Assembly (NCBI GenBank): GCA_951406725.2
Contig: OX597823.1
Location: 113,522,001-113,586,000, forward strand
Direction: 5' to 3'
Length of the DNA stretch: 64,000 nt
Source of the DNA: Octopus vulgaris
Lineage: Eukaryota
This document shows positions 39,246 to 53,228 of this stretch, in pieces. The notes under the pieces are model-generated. The model did no database searches. It was given only the letters and a program-made list of their open reading frames with translations, and was not told the origin of the DNA. The stretch's first letter is position 1. Every line of letters begins with the position of its first letter. The translations under genes were made by a program, and so were the position numbers.

Positions 39246-41646
39246 AGTTGCAAATATATGGATAGGTGTATACACACACACATATAAATATGTATATACA
39301 TACATATGTGTATGTGTGTGTGTGTATTTTATATTTATGCATATAGTTATGTGTGTATAGTTTTCAGAATGATCTCATTACATATTGCACGAATATTGTG
39401 TATTGAATTAATATATAACCATCGGCTAGTTGCTCGTGTTCTAACTGTTGCGCTGCAGTTTACGAGGATTCCTATAAAACAAGAGGCTTGGAGCTAAGAA
39501 TTCAACCGTTCCACTTCTTAGTATAAAATGTTGCGAATATCTGACTTCAAAACAAATACATCAGTCATTGATTGATATCTTTGATTACAAAAGAGCAAGG
39601 AAACAAATTCAGACGTTTGTGTTATTTTTCTTGATTCATATCACGCACGTGAATGTAATAAATCATTAGTATTTTGGGACATATATCGATATTAATGTGA
39701 AAATTTCGTTTATCAATAAACTGGTTTATTCACCAAATCTTATTGTTGAAACCTATATATTTCTCTTCCTCATATAAAAGTAAGTCTGCAATAGTTATAT
39801 TTAAGTTAAGGTGCACAGCAGAATGTGAGTGAACTAACGGGATATATCCGTGGATTGGTGGGGTAGGCTTTATAAGATTCAGTGATTAATAATGCGTACA
39901 AAAAGAGGCAACATATTGCTCGGATAACTTTCGGAATTAGATAGAATTAGAAACTGGATATTATAAATCATTCTTAATCTGTTTCTTAATCTGTTTCTTA
40001 ATGCTACTGATCTTTTGGTATGCTGGAATATTGCCAGGCGACATCTGTTCATAAATATATTCGTATAAAACCAATTAATCGCAAGCATTCAAGTAAAATA
40101 TGATCCGCCTATTGTGACTGAAATAAATATGAGGTTATACTTTTTTTTTCTCTCTAGTTTAGGCTACCAGACGTGGAATGAAAATAATGCGCGGCACTTG
40201 AATCTAAATAATGCAAATTAATAGGGTTGGATTTATATTGTGACATGAAGTCCTTTTTTTCAGGAAGTCATTCAGAAATATTTATATATATTTTAGAGTT
40301 GGGGTAAAGAAACTAAGCTCAAAGTGTTATTATACTACAGCGATTAGAGTATTTACAGAGCATTTGAAGAATATTTGCTGAGTATTTATTTATTTATTTA
40401 TTTATCTCATAATGCATTTTTATTTCTTATTATTTTTGTAACCGAAAAAAGAAGAGAAGAATAATGTTGGTGCAAAATAGAAAGTAGCAGAATTATGAAC
40501 AGATATTGAACAGAAGAAAGACAAAGGGAGTATGTATTGGGAGGAGAGAGAGAGAAACGGCAGTGTTGACAGAAAAAGAAAGGAGCAGTATTCAGAGTGC
40601 AAAAGGGGATGTTGAGGGAGAGAGACAGAGAGAGACAGAGACAGAGACAGAGATAGAGAGACAGAGAGAGACAGAGAGAGACAGAGACAGAGACAGAAAG
40701 ACACAGAGAGAGAGATAGACAGGCAGACAGATAGACAGGCAGACAGAGAGAGACAGAGAGAGACAGAGAGAGACAGAGACGGAGACAGATAGACAGACAG
40801 TGAAGGAAAGAGAAAAGAGATATAGGGAATATATAGATATGAGATAGAGCGGAAGATAGCGAAAAAGAGAGAAACAGTGGTGTTGACAGAGATAAAAAGG
40901 CGGATTTTTAGATGGAGAAAGTGGGGATGGAGAAAGACAGAGAAAAGTGGTGCAGATAGAGAATACGAATAGCACAGAGAATGAAGGAGAGAAATTAGAA
41001 GAGATTTAGTTGGATAACGGAGAGAGAAAACATGGTACTTGGGGAGGGTTACGGAGAAGAAAAAAAAGAACGTGCTTTGAGAGGGTAAGAAAGATAGAGT
41101 AAAGTGAATAATTATGATAGAAAGATCAGAGATCCAAGAATACTGAATATGAATATGTAAGGAGGAGCATATGGAGAAGTAAGTGATTGGCACTGGGAGT
41201 AATGCAAGAAACTGGAAGAGAATGTAAAAGCAAAACCAACAATGGAAAATGGAGCTAAGGTTATATATTGAAAGAGAGAGAGAGACAAATATATAGAAAG
41301 ATTCTGATAGAGAGATATTGAGCGAAGGGAGGAAAGCGAAGGTTAAATAAATATAAAACGCATGGAGAATGTTTCATACAATAGAAATAGCGAAAGAAAA
41401 GAAGAAATATATTATTATTGGTAGAAAAATACTCACGCGCACGCGAGCAAATATATAGATGTGTGGCAGCGTGGAAATAGAAATAGCTTTTAGAGCAATT
41501 TGCATATATGACGGAATAACACGTGAAAAATAAATCAGGTTACATACCTTGCAATAAGCTTACATTATCTATATATTGGTCTCTGCAGGCACGTATTTAT
41601 ATTCTAACTGAAGTGTGGTTACAAAGTTATATATCTATGCACCCGT

Positions 41647-42113
41647 AAATGCGGCGAGCTGGCAACAACGTTAGCACGCCGGGAGAAATGCGGAGCCGTA
41701 TTTCGTCTGCCGTTACGTTCTGAGTTCAAAATCCACCAAGGTCGACTTTGCCTTTCATCCTTTCGAGGTCGATAAATTAAGTACCAGTTACGCACTGGGG
41801 TCGATATAATCGACTTAATCCCTTTGTCTGCCCTTGTTTGTCCACTCTATGTTTAGCCCCTTGTGGGTAGTAAAGAAATATATATATCTATGCACCCGTA
41901 AAGGCGGCGAGCTGGCAACAACGTTAGCACGCCGGGAGAAATGCGTAGACGTATTTCGTCTGCCGTTACGCTCTGAGTTCAAATTCCACCGAGGTCGACT
42001 TTGCCTTTCATCCTTTAGGAGGTCTATTAAATAAGTACCAGTTACGCACTGGTGTCGATATAATCGACTTAATACCTTTGTCTGTCCTTGTTTAGCCCCT
42101 TCTGGGAAATAAA

Positions 42114-42201
<88 letters not shown>

Positions 42202-42425
42202 CTGTAAAGGCGGCGAGCTAGCAGAAACGTTATCACGCCGGCGTAATGCGTAGCCGTATTTCGTCTGCCGTTATGTTCTGGGTTCAAATTCCGTTGAGGT
42301 CGACTTTCGGAGGTGGATTATTAAGTACCAGTTACTCCCTAGGGTCGATGTAATCGACTTAATCCGTTTGTCTGTCCTTGTTTGTCCCTTCTATGTTTAG
42401 CCCCTTGTGGGTAATAAATAAAAAA
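41647..42425 (+). mobile_element. Head-to-tail trimer of SINE family B (41647-41879, 41900-42113, 42206-42420) inside a 48-bp direct repeat
   Basis: Each copy starts with aaa(g/t)gcggcgagct. The flanks 41599-41646 and 42426-42473 match with 1 mismatch. Confidence 0.9.
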
Positions 42426-42692
42426 ATATTCTAACTGAAGTGTGGTTACAAAGTTATATATTTATGCACCCGTGCATTAACAAGTAGTAGAGTAAACATC
42501 ACAGTTTTTGCCTATGGCAGTGATTCTATAATTATTAAAACCACCGGGCACTGCTGGTTCCAACGAACATTTGAGAAACCACAAATAATCACACTCTATA
42601 TCTGAACATCCACCGAAATCAAGCATTAATAATTGGAAAACGTTATAATTAAATGTATATATATTAAAAGATAAATGTTAGATAGACAGTTG

Positions 42693-42990
42693 AGGCGCAA
42701 TGCCCTAGTGGTTAGGGCAGCGGACTCCCGGTCGTAGGATCGCGGTTTCGAAACCCAGACCGGGCGTTGTGAGTGTTTATTGAGCAAAAACATCTCGAGC
42801 TCCACGACGCTCCGGTAGGGGGTGGTAGCGATCGCTGCTATACTCTTTCGCTGCAACTTTCTCTCACTCTTTCTTCTGTTGGCCTGCTCGCTTAGCCAAC
42901 GGGGTGGCGTCATTTGGAGGCGAAAACAATACGAAGCGCACTGTGACCAGCGATGTGTAGCAACTTTTGATAGCCTGGTTGATCACGTGA
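42693..42990 (+). mobile_element. tRNA-derived SINE family C
   Basis: tRNA-like head GGCGCAATGCCCTAGTGGTTAGGGCAGCGGACTCCCGGTCGTAGGATCGCGGTTTCGAAACCC, followed by a non-tRNA body and no acceptor stem. Confidence 0.7.
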
Positions 42991-43270
42991 TATATATATA
43001 TAGATATCTATAGATATAGATTTGTGTATATGTGCGTATGTGTATATATGTGTAGTTATATATATATATATATATATATAAATGAGTTTGACAAAATAAT
43101 ACAAACACCCAGCATCATAGCATCATAATTTTGAAATATCTACAAAACCTTCAAAAGTTGGGGCTTTTTTGTACTTTTGATAAATATTATTAGTGTTGCT
43201 AAATATGTTTTCCTAAAATTGCTTTTTCTTTTCAGATATCATCAGAAAAAGGTAATTAAAATTCATTGAA

Positions 43271-43870
43271 ATGGCAGATCTATCGGACTTTCAAACTGCT
43301 CAAATTGTGGGTGCTCGTATAGCAGGCGCTAGCGTAACGAAAACAGCCAAAATGTTTGGTGCATCAAGAAGTACTTTCTCGAAATTAATGACAGCCTTTG
43401 AGCAAGAGGGAAAAACCTCTCGTCGAAACAAATCTCCGGAAGAAAACCAAAACTTTCAGATAGGAACCGTCTGCTTCTTATGCAAATTGTTAGAAAGGAT
43501 CACAAAAGTACAGGTCCCAAAATTACTGCAAAGCTTAAAGTTCACCTCGAGAACCCAGTTTCCGCAAAAACTATTCGCCGGGAGCTGCGAAAAGAAGGAT
43601 TTGACGGGAGGGTTGCAATCAGAAAACCACTACTTTTGAAAACAAATGTTGCGACGCGTTTAGAGTGGAGTAAAAACGTATAGAATTGATCCTTAGAGCA
43701 GTGAAATAGTGTTAATTTCTCGGACGAGTCATCCGTTACCTTATTTCCGAACACCGGTTGAGCAAAAGTGTAGAGACTGGCAAAATGAGCATTTGATTCG
43801 GACGGCCTTATTCCAACTGTTAAACATGGAGGATGATCTGTGATAATCGGGGGGGGGGGTATATCTTGGA
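43271..43870 (+). pseudogene. Tc1-family transposase pseudogene (element starts ~43080)
   Basis: HTH region 'MADLSDFQTAQIVGARIAGASVTKTAKMFGASRST', then 'VSAKTIRRELRKEGF..RKPLL..RLEW', 'FSDES' and 'PTVKHGG'; contains frameshifts and stops. Confidence 0.85.
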
Positions 43871-43879
43871 AATAAAGAA

Positions 43880-44010
43880 AAAAATAAAGAAAAACACGAA
43901 CGTGGGGACGGATACAGGCAATATATTGATTAGACGCTCGGTGAAAGGAGAGAGTTATTAACGTTTCGAGCATAGATCTTCGTCAGAAAAATGGAAGTCC
44001 AAAGAGAAAG
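43880..44010 (-). repeat. pLTR-like family E-related copy with a canonical CUGACGA hammerhead core (43958-43990)
   Basis: Minus strand reads UUUU-CUGACGA-A-GAUC UAU GCUC-GAAA-CG-UU-AA; stems I and II are partly decayed. Confidence 0.55.
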
Positions 44011-44154
44011 GTCATTACGTGTGTAGAAAGAATGTGTGTAGTGTGTAGAAAGAAGGTCAGTATGTGTAGATGGTTAATATATCTGTGTGTACGTTTGTGT
44101 GGTACCGCGTGTGTGTGTGGTAGTATCTGTTTGTGTGTGAGTGTGGTAGTAACT

Positions 44155-44348
44155 CTGTGCGTGTGTTTGTGTGAGCCGTGTATCTGTAAGTGTGTGTGTG
44201 TGTGTGTATGGTTGGATCTGTGTGCGTGTTTGTGTGAGCCGTGTGTCTGTAATTGTGTGTGTGTGTATGGTTGGATCTGTGTGCGTGTTTGTGTGAGTCG
44301 TGTGTCTGTAAGTGTGTGTGTGTATGGTTGGATCTGTGTGTGTGTTTG
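44155..44348 (+). repeat. ~60-bp GT-rich minisatellite, ~3 copies
   Basis: Unit 'gtgtgtttgtgtgagccgtgtatctgtaagtgtg...tatggttggatct'. Confidence 0.8.
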
Positions 44349-45544
44349 CATGTGTGCGTAGACGGTCAATAATGAGTCGACGGCAGTTTTGAAACGTGTG
44401 TGAATGGGCGGGTCCGTTTCTGTGTATGCGCTGGCATACGCGTGTAGACGGAGTGGGAAGTATATATATATGTGCGTGTGTGTGTATGCACATGTGTATG
44501 GGTGCACGTGTGTCTCTCTGTGTGTCACTCTGTGTGTCATTCTGTGTGTGTGTCTCGCTCTATATTTATGTGTGTGTGTTTGTCTATGTGTACATGTGTG
44601 ATTGTGGTTATGTGTGTATGTGTGTGCATGTGTGTATATGTATGTCTATGTGCATGTGACCAGTGAGAGGACAAACGAAAGAAAGTAGGATTTAACACAT
44701 TTGATAAGAGTTTGTTTGACCAACTGACATGCAGTGTTAATACTGTTGAAGTGACACCACATTTTTTCCTTTTATTCTTAAGCCCAGTGAGAGGATAGCG
44801 TTGTCAATGAAGCGTATAGTCTCCAGCGACATCAAATACGGTGTCAGGAGAACGGTCGACGTTCGATTGAATGTTAAACACATTAGCGACTGCGCTGCTT
44901 ACGTGGAATAAACTGGTGTTTTGGTTTAGAATTCAAACCTCATTATTAACATAGATGGAACTGTAGCCTATATGGCTGGCAAGCATTAAAATCCTGCTCT
45001 TGTATGGTGCCCGGTCAGACAAGCCGATTGTGGTATAGGCGGATTGTCGGCTGCCTTTGGTGGCAACAATAAAACAATTAATTCTTCCTCTTCATGGATA
45101 TTGCATGTATGTGTGGTGTGTGTTGTTTTCCGCGAAGTCGGAGTTGGCAGTAGTGAGTTCCAGTAAGAAAGGTAACAGGGCTTTTACTGATACTTCATTT
45201 GATGTCAGGTAATCTTTCCAGGGGTCATAAAGCCTCCGGATGAAGCAGAAGAGTGAGATAAACATTTCCCTATCTCCAGCCCTTGAAATGGTGTATGTGC
45301 TGATGTCTCTGAATATACTATACTGCATATCCTGCTAACCTAACATCTTCACAGCATTAAGGCAGCGTGATCTAAGCTGATTATTGGAGACTAACAAGTA
45401 GGAGGAACCATCTTGAATTTGCCGGTGTTCTCTCCCTCTACTCGTAATTTATGACAAATCTGAATCTGAGCATGCCAATCCACTGAAAATCTTCCTTCCT
45501 CTTAACTATAGAAGTTACTCATCACCCCAAGACACTGGCGCTTT

Positions 45545-47140
45545 CTGAAGAACTAAAATACAACAGATAGTAAAGAAAGAGAAAATTAGGAGAGAGTATT
45601 ACAGAAGAGTTAGACTCATATTAAACACTGAACTTAATGCTAAAAATAAGATAGAGATAAACACGCTAGCCATACAGCTTTAACATAATAAACTGGAAGA
45701 TCAGTAAATTGAGAAACCTAGATAGAAAAACGAGAAAACTACTAATAGTGTACCGAAGTCACCACCCCAAAGCAGACTCAGAGAGAATATAACTTCCTCG
45801 CTCAGAGGGAGGACGTGTCCTGATATAGATAGGAAACTACTGCTTGTTGGACTGGCAAAGTACTTAGAAACAAAGAAGAGAAGACATATGTATGCAGTAA
45901 AGCAACATGAGAATAAGAAAACGCTTTTCTCTATACCCAAGAAGGCGACAAAATACAAAGTATAATTAAACTACACTGACACACTGACTTCAGATGACAA
46001 CATAGAAAATGGTTAGAGAGACAAAAAACAACAACGTAAAAACGGAATTACTAAAGATACTGAAGAAGAAATGGAGAAAAAAATTCACTTCACGGCCAGT
46101 TCGCTGCAAGGCTTGACAGAGAGGAAGTGGCCCTAAGTAGAAGCCAATAATGGTTCAAAAGGTCTGGATTAAAAGCCGAAATGCGAGGACTAATTTCTGC
46201 TGCACGAGACCAATACTTGACTACAATTATAAAAACAAAATAACGAAAACAGGCCTCAACACCAAATGCAGATTGTGCAACCAGTATAATGAGACAGTTT
46301 ACCACATCATCTCGAGCTGCCCAGTCCTTGCCAAGCCTGAATATGTATAGAGGCACGACAAAGGAAGTAGTAATATCCACTGGACAATATACCAACATTC
46401 CAACATCAAACCTCACAGCAGGTAGTATAAGCCTGAGCCAAACAAGGTACAAGACAATGATGAGGCCACCATCATCTGTGATGTGCCGGTTCAAACCGAC
46501 AAAGAAATAAAACCTGAGCGCCCAAACATAATAGTCAAGAACTGAGGAAGGAACACCTGCTTGCTGATAAACATTGCAGTCTCTTCTGACCAAAATATTG
46601 TCAAAAAAGAAGTGAAGAAATTGTTGAAGTATAAATACCTCGGAATTGAAGTATTCAAAATGTGGGACACGAAGGTAAAAACAATACCGATAATAACTGA
46701 AGCACTGGACATGAAAATAATCATGTGAACAAAAATGTAGATGATATACCTGGATCTCCAACACTGCCTACTGTCCAAAAAAATAGCTCTGCTAGGAACA
46801 GCCCACTTCCTACGCAAGTCACTATCAATTCAATAATACAGTCTAAACAAAAGAACGCACAAATTCAAGACTTACTCTATAAAGTATTTACTCAGCGAAA
46901 TAAACACCCACCAGCAAGCCGTGAAACCAACGTATTACACACTCAACACACAATACAAGCAGTGGCACAACAAAAGATAGTAGCACATCTCATTGAAAAC
47001 AAGCTAATACAATACATTACCGGGAAGATCGCACACTCCCAGCAGCAGTAAAGAACAATGCTGCACACACCCCAGCAACACAGAGGTGTAGCAGTTGAGG
47101 TAGCAGCGATTTGCCTCGACCTACCAAGTATCGAACAGTT
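45545..47140 (+). pseudogene. 5'-truncated, decayed R4/Dong-like (RLE) LINE: RT C-terminus, CCHC finger, restriction-like endonuclease, 3' UTR
   Basis: Motifs 'EYYRRVRLILNTELNAKNK', 'LDRKTRKL', 'HHPKAD', 'LPRSEGG', 'HGQF', 'CRLCNQYNETVYHIISSCPVLA..EY..RHD' and 'QTDKEIK..RP.II'; followed by (TAA)n. Confidence 0.8.
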
Positions 47141-47158
47141 ATAATAATAATAATAATG

Positions 47159-47240
<82 letters not shown>

Positions 47241-48379
47241 GAAGAAGAAGAAGAAGAAGAACAACAACAACAGCAACAACACACACGTATATATATATTC
47301 TTTTATTATTTTCTTTGTTTCAGTCATTTGACTACGGCCATGCTTGAGTACCGCCTTTAGTCGAACAAACAGACCACAGCACTCATTCTTTGTAAGCCTA
47401 GTACTTATTCTATAGTTGTGCGTGTATTTAACACCAAGAGGACACCTCCTTCGGCTGATTAATCAGTGTGCTTCGCACTCGATATGTATTGCAGGCGGGC
47501 AGCGATCTCCCTACTGTTCTCTACACGTAACATTATCAATTCAGCAAAAAAAAAAAGAAATTTTTAAAATATTTAAACACGATCAAATAAGTACTAGGCT
47601 TTAAAAACAAGTATTGGGTTCGATTCTTTCGAATAAAATCCTTCAAAGCGTTTCTTCAATATGACCAATTTCTAATGATTGGAGTGTTAAAAACAGAAGA
47701 AAAAAGTAAAAACAAACACACACACACACATACAAACACACACGCATACAAACATGCCCACCACTGGCCAGCTGTTGACCACAGCTATCGACTCTGCTTC
47801 AAAATCATTGTTGCGTTTGAGTCGATGAGAGCGCATGTTTCGCGTGAACAGTAACAAATAGTAGTTGAGTCTTAGTAAAATGAATCTGTGATTAAATTCT
47901 GGTCACATTTTAGTATTCCTTTTAGATTTCACTTTTAGCTGGACTAAGTGACTTGCAGCAAGAGAAAGACATTTTGCTTGTCTCAGCAAACTATTCAATT
48001 AGAATATTTAAAGAACACATTCGATGACGATCACTTAATGATACAGGAACTATAATGGAACTCTGCAAATAATTAATTGAAAAATCGATTTCTTTTCTAT
48101 TTCAAAAAATATTACACGAAGATTAACAGATGAAACAAAATCCAACCTTTGATTGAGCTGAACTCGTATCCTACTAGGATGAAAATAAATAATTACTTCT
48201 GTAATTTATTATTTTTGTCATGTTTCTGACGGTAGTTAAGAAACGTTCAAACATTTGTTGAAGTGGTGGTGTGGCGGTGGCTTAGTTGTGTCTTTCTATG
48301 TTGGAAGTTCAAACTCAAGAGGAAATACCGTTCGCTTTCATCCTTCCATAATCTGTATAATAAAGCTTTACACAAATAC

Positions 48380-48737
48380 TACATCATCTAAACCCTGCCC
48401 CCGTGCTATCCGCCCACTCCAGAAATCGAACTCAGGACATATAAAAACATTTCGCCACAATTACTTTACCTCAACCGTTCCAGCTCTCTTTAATACAATA
48501 CCAAAATATGTCAAAACGAAAACGGATCCCATAAAATTAGAAATTTCACAAGACAAATTTCTTCAAAAAATACCGGACCAACCTCCTACATCCGGATATG
48601 ACTCCAACAATAATAACTCATCGCTAGAGTGGTCCACGCTGCCCCATATATGACTAAAAGACTTCACCAGGTGTTGCTGTTAAGTTAGATATGGCCTGGG
48701 CCTACACTGGCCGAAACCTGTCAAAGCTATCAAAGTT
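48380..48737 (+). pseudogene. 3' end of a CR1/L2-like LINE
   Basis: 'NYFTSTVPALFNTIPKYVK...DKFLQKIPDQP..GY..NNSSLEW' is typical of a CR1-type C-terminus; short tandem tail. Confidence 0.65.
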
Positions 48738-51249
48738 ACCCGAAGGTTTGTGGTCATTCTTCTACTTCAGGAATCAATGTTTATGTAAGGGAACTGAAGC
48801 GTGGAATCTGTAGTGTTGGTGAATATGGCTTCTGCTGTCTTGTATGAAAATTTGATGTTCGACGATGAAGTGTTTATCGTCGAACGAAATTTCTATTTTG
48901 ATTTCTATTTTGACTTTCGAGCTCCAAATAAACGTATTATAGATTTATAATTATGTATTTGTTATACATAATTTATAATTTATAATTATGTATTTGTAAT
49001 ACATAATTTATAATTTATAATTACGTATTTGTAATAATAAAATATAAAGATTTATAATTACGTATCCTGTTTTTTCTTTAATAACTACTTTTATCACAGT
49101 TTTACTAGCAAACAAGTGAAAGCTCCCGTTTAGATGCTGTAGCTCCAAAATAATTGGAAGGTAAATATATTTTTAAGTATTACACATTTCTCTTGAATGG
49201 AGTGAATGATTTATTGGGACGTTACTGACGTTCGAGATAATGTTAATTACAAAAGTGAAGAACACAATAGCAACGATGAAAAGAGACACTACTTTACCTA
49301 GCTGAATTACTAACTATAATATATTAGAAGGATCAAGTGTTGGCTAAGGCTTCCATTTAAGTAGTGCAAGCATCTAATTTCCCGCATGATTAAGGTTTCA
49401 TACGTAATACATTTTGTGCAAAGTCGTTGATGTGATACATAATCCTAATCATCAAGGCTGCTACAGGAGTATCTTAAGGGTTCTTGTTTAATCTTAGAGG
49501 GATTTTAGCTCTTGAAGCATTTCTCAGCGCGATCAACAGTAGGTAAGTATATCAAGTGAATTTAATACGGCATTTACAAGCTATTATTCAATGGAATATT
49601 TGTACGTCATTCAATTCACATCAAGTGAAGCATGCTGCATAAGGGTCTTAAGAGTTCCGACCGATCTTAGAGGACTGCAAGAAATAGATGTTATAGATGT
49701 AATTAAATGCTGAAAGAACGCGATATATTTTACTGCTAAGACTATGTTCTATATTTCTTAGTGTACATGCGCGTGCAGCTGTTTATATTTTTTGGTGTAA
49801 GAGTATTTGTCATAGCTTTCGTGCGTGTGTTTATGAATATACCTTTGTTTGATAGAGTGATAATGTGTGTGTTGATATGTGTGTATTGGTAACATTATAT
49901 AGATCGTTTATAGTATTAATTACCTAAATTAAAACATTAATAAGAGGAAGAAAACATCAACGGAGAAAAATGAAGGTAATGGTAAAATTAAGAGAAACAG
50001 GAATCTGAAGGAAAGAAAATCTTCTATAAGTCTCTTATAGAAGATTTCCAATGATTTCCAAATGTATGCAATAGTTTACAAAATAACTTAAACAAATCGA
50101 TGCCAAAACTTTTTATGAATTTATAGAATATCATTAATGATATACACTCCTCTTATCATATGAAATATATAGAAAATGATACTTTTTAATATAAATAACA
50201 GAAGTAGCGAGCCAAAATAATTCACCCTATAATCATTGCAACATAAAGAAGTGTTGAGGAATTTTATTGATATATTTGAACGGTTCGTTAAAATCATGCA
50301 TGAAATTATATAATCTTTAATCTTTATTGATGGAACTCTTAATTTGCACTATGAATATAAAATCCCTAATCTGCTTCTCACGAAGACGAGTACGAGAATA
50401 TTATATAAAGACAAATTGATCGTTTGTCTCTTTAAATGTAATCTGCTGCTATAAATGCTCACATTGAAATGGAATACTCCATTACACACACACGAAAAAA
50501 AAACGTATTTTACCAGAATGCTATATAATATGAAATATATAGATACGCTTTCGGAAAATTTGCAGAATATGTGTCAGGAATCGCATAGATGCAAACGAAA
50601 GCATCGAACATTTAGGAATTCCTTTAGGAAAAGGGAGGGGAACATATAGAATTGCCAAGAGACTACACTTAGCTAGGTAAAGAAATATGAGTAATCAGTA
50701 TAACTACGACTGGCATTTTAAAACGTTAATTACGTTAGAGTGTCCCTCAACATAGATAAGATTTTCAAAATGCGGTTTTCAGAACTGTTTGTTCGTCTAT
50801 CTTTAGGTACGAAATGACATCAGGAATATTTGTATGTTATGTTCATGTACTGTAGCAGTGCATTTCTACCATTGTTTAACTTGGCTGCTATGCAAATGCA
50901 TACAACTCTTATCAAGCAAAAAGCCTATAAAATTCATCATACGCTTATCTACAAACATTAACATAGGCGTATACAAACTGCATCCTCCTCAGACACACAA
51001 ACATCCGTGTGCGGAAATACGATGTGTAATATAGGAGACAAATTATAGTACATAAAACCAATAGGGCTTACATCGATGGAAAAATGTCAGTAGAAACACA
51101 TAACAAAAGATTGACTTGTTGCAACTAAAAGACATCTCTTCCGGATATTTTATCTCTGTTTAGAAAAATATACACACGGTGCTTCTTTCATCTCGTGCAC
51201 CGTTCGATTAACACACAGAAAGTAGCTCTCTATTTTGCTCTCACCGTCC

Positions 51250-51965
51250 AGGAAAATGCCGGTCTTCACAACTTTCGCACTAGTCCGATGCAATGTCTTT
51301 CATACAGCCACTGAGTAGAGACAGATTTGATTCCCTTCCTTGCTAAAGAAAGGAGGTGAGTAAATCTTCACTACAAACAGGGCTGACAGCCGTATTCAGC
51401 GCCACAGAAGCCGTTTGACATCAGCATACAACTGCTACTGCATAGACAAAGGATTGCGTATATGCCGGTATCTCTCTCTGCACACATCTCGAACATGATC
51501 AGCTGTTAAGACTTCTATGCTTTTAGAGCTTGTCTCGAACAGAACATGTCCACCTGTAGCACTGCTATGTCAAGGACTTTTGAAAAATTACAAAATCTCC
51601 GAACTAAAAGTACTCCAGTAGAGATTGCTCGGAAAGCTATTGTCGATGTCCAGTATTTATCAGGGGCTATCGTCAATATCCTAAACGAATCCTCTGGAGA
51701 AATCTAGAGCTATTTCTCATCCACGACAAAAATTGTACGACGAACAGCACGCTTCATAACATGCTGAAGGATAAGAGCTCAATCTCAATCTGCTGTTAAC
51801 CATCGACTACAACTTGGTCAAGGATAAGAGCTGAGGGAAAACGTGCAGCACGAAAGATGCACAAAACAGATGACCTCTGCTTTCGCAGTCACTTACCATT
51901 TCGTCCAGATATTTCTCTGGACGTATCGGAGCACCATCATGTACGGATTCCGGAAGAAACCATGG
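51250..51965 (+). pseudogene. Highly decayed RTE-like LINE 3' region
   Basis: The remnants 'PKRIL', 'AEGKRAARK' and 'SRYFSGRIG' resemble the RTE C-terminal zinc-finger region. Confidence 0.4.
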
Positions 51966-52211
51966 AGTGGAGGTATGCAGTAGATGCATTTCCTGACTAG
52001 CAGAATCTGTCACTGTCTTCTTGGAATGGTACGTTTCATCTACAAGATGATTCCAACCATAAACAATATCTGTCCTTTCAAACTGAAGAAATTTGACCAA
52101 TTTTTGAGCCAAGTCGAGATATGTGCGCACGCATGTGTGTGTGCGTTTATACATATAAATATATTTATATACATATATATTGATATACATATATGCTGGC
52201 CATATAATGGG

Positions 52212-52568
52212 AGGCGCATGAGTAGCTATGAGGTAAATTGCTTGCATAACAGCCACACGGTTCCGGGTTCAGTCCCACTGCGTGACACCTTGGGCATATA
52301 TTCTTCTGTTATAGCCTTGGACATAGCAAAACCTTGCGAGTGGATGTGGTGGATGTTTGAGTGACTGTTTTTGTCCCTCACATCACCATCGCCTGACAAC
52401 CGATGTTGGGATTTTTTTATCCCCGTAACTGAGCGGTTCGGCAAAACAGACAGATAGGATAAATACTAGGCTAATAAGAATACGTTTTGGGGTCGATTTG
52501 TTCGACTAAAGACGGTGCTCCCGCATGGCCGCAGTCAAATAGCTGAAACAAATTAAAGAGTAAACGAG

Positions 52569-52570
<2 letters not shown>
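52212..52570 (+). mobile_element. SINE family A (diverged)
   Basis: 'ccacacggttccgggttcagtcccactgcgtgacaccttgggca' through a (AAAGAGT)-like tail. Confidence 0.85.
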
Positions 52571-52606
<36 letters not shown>

Positions 52607-52608
<2 letters not shown>

Positions 52609-52722
52609 CGGGAAGGTTTACGAAAATAAACAAACGACGAAGGCAGGTGGAGTACAAACAAACAAATGTATTAGTATGGCGCTCAGGAATGGAAATAGAA
52701 GACGTCTTTTACGTTTCGAGCC
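52607..52722 (-). repeat. pLTR-like family E fragment truncated in hammerhead stem II
   Basis: Ends at 'gtcttttacgtttcgagcc' and lies between (TA)n tracts. Confidence 0.55.
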
Positions 52723-53167
52723 TTAAATATATATATATAATATATATATACTCACACACACACACCATATTTCCGAGTGTCATTTATGAGTCCAAACGAA
52801 CCTCCTTCCCTTTCGGTATAAACATCAGGAATGAGTTCGTGATTTCTTCTTGCACACGGACACTGATTGAACAACTTTCAACTTGTAGCACTGTATTGTG
52901 ATTGGACCCGTATCTGCCAGGGACGGAACGCGTCGCCGGGAACTGTAGTCATGACTTTACAATCGTACGTCGAAAAACCTAACCACTGAGTCACGCACGT
53001 TCAGGAGTATGTGGGTGTGTATGTATACATATATATGTGTGCGTTTGTGTGTGTGCGCGTGAATCTAAGTGTGTATATACGTATATGGTTATACAGATAC
53101 ATACATACTCATACCTTTTTCTCTCTGTATGTTTGTTGAGTATAAACAAAATCACAAATATATGTAT

Positions 53168-53228
<61 letters not shown>

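Noticed and set aside
42693-42770. tRNA gene
   Set aside because: The acceptor stem does not pair and it continues into a SINE body.
44750-45540. Higher-complexity segment, possibly a decayed LINE on the minus strand
   Set aside because: No motif was identifiable with confidence.
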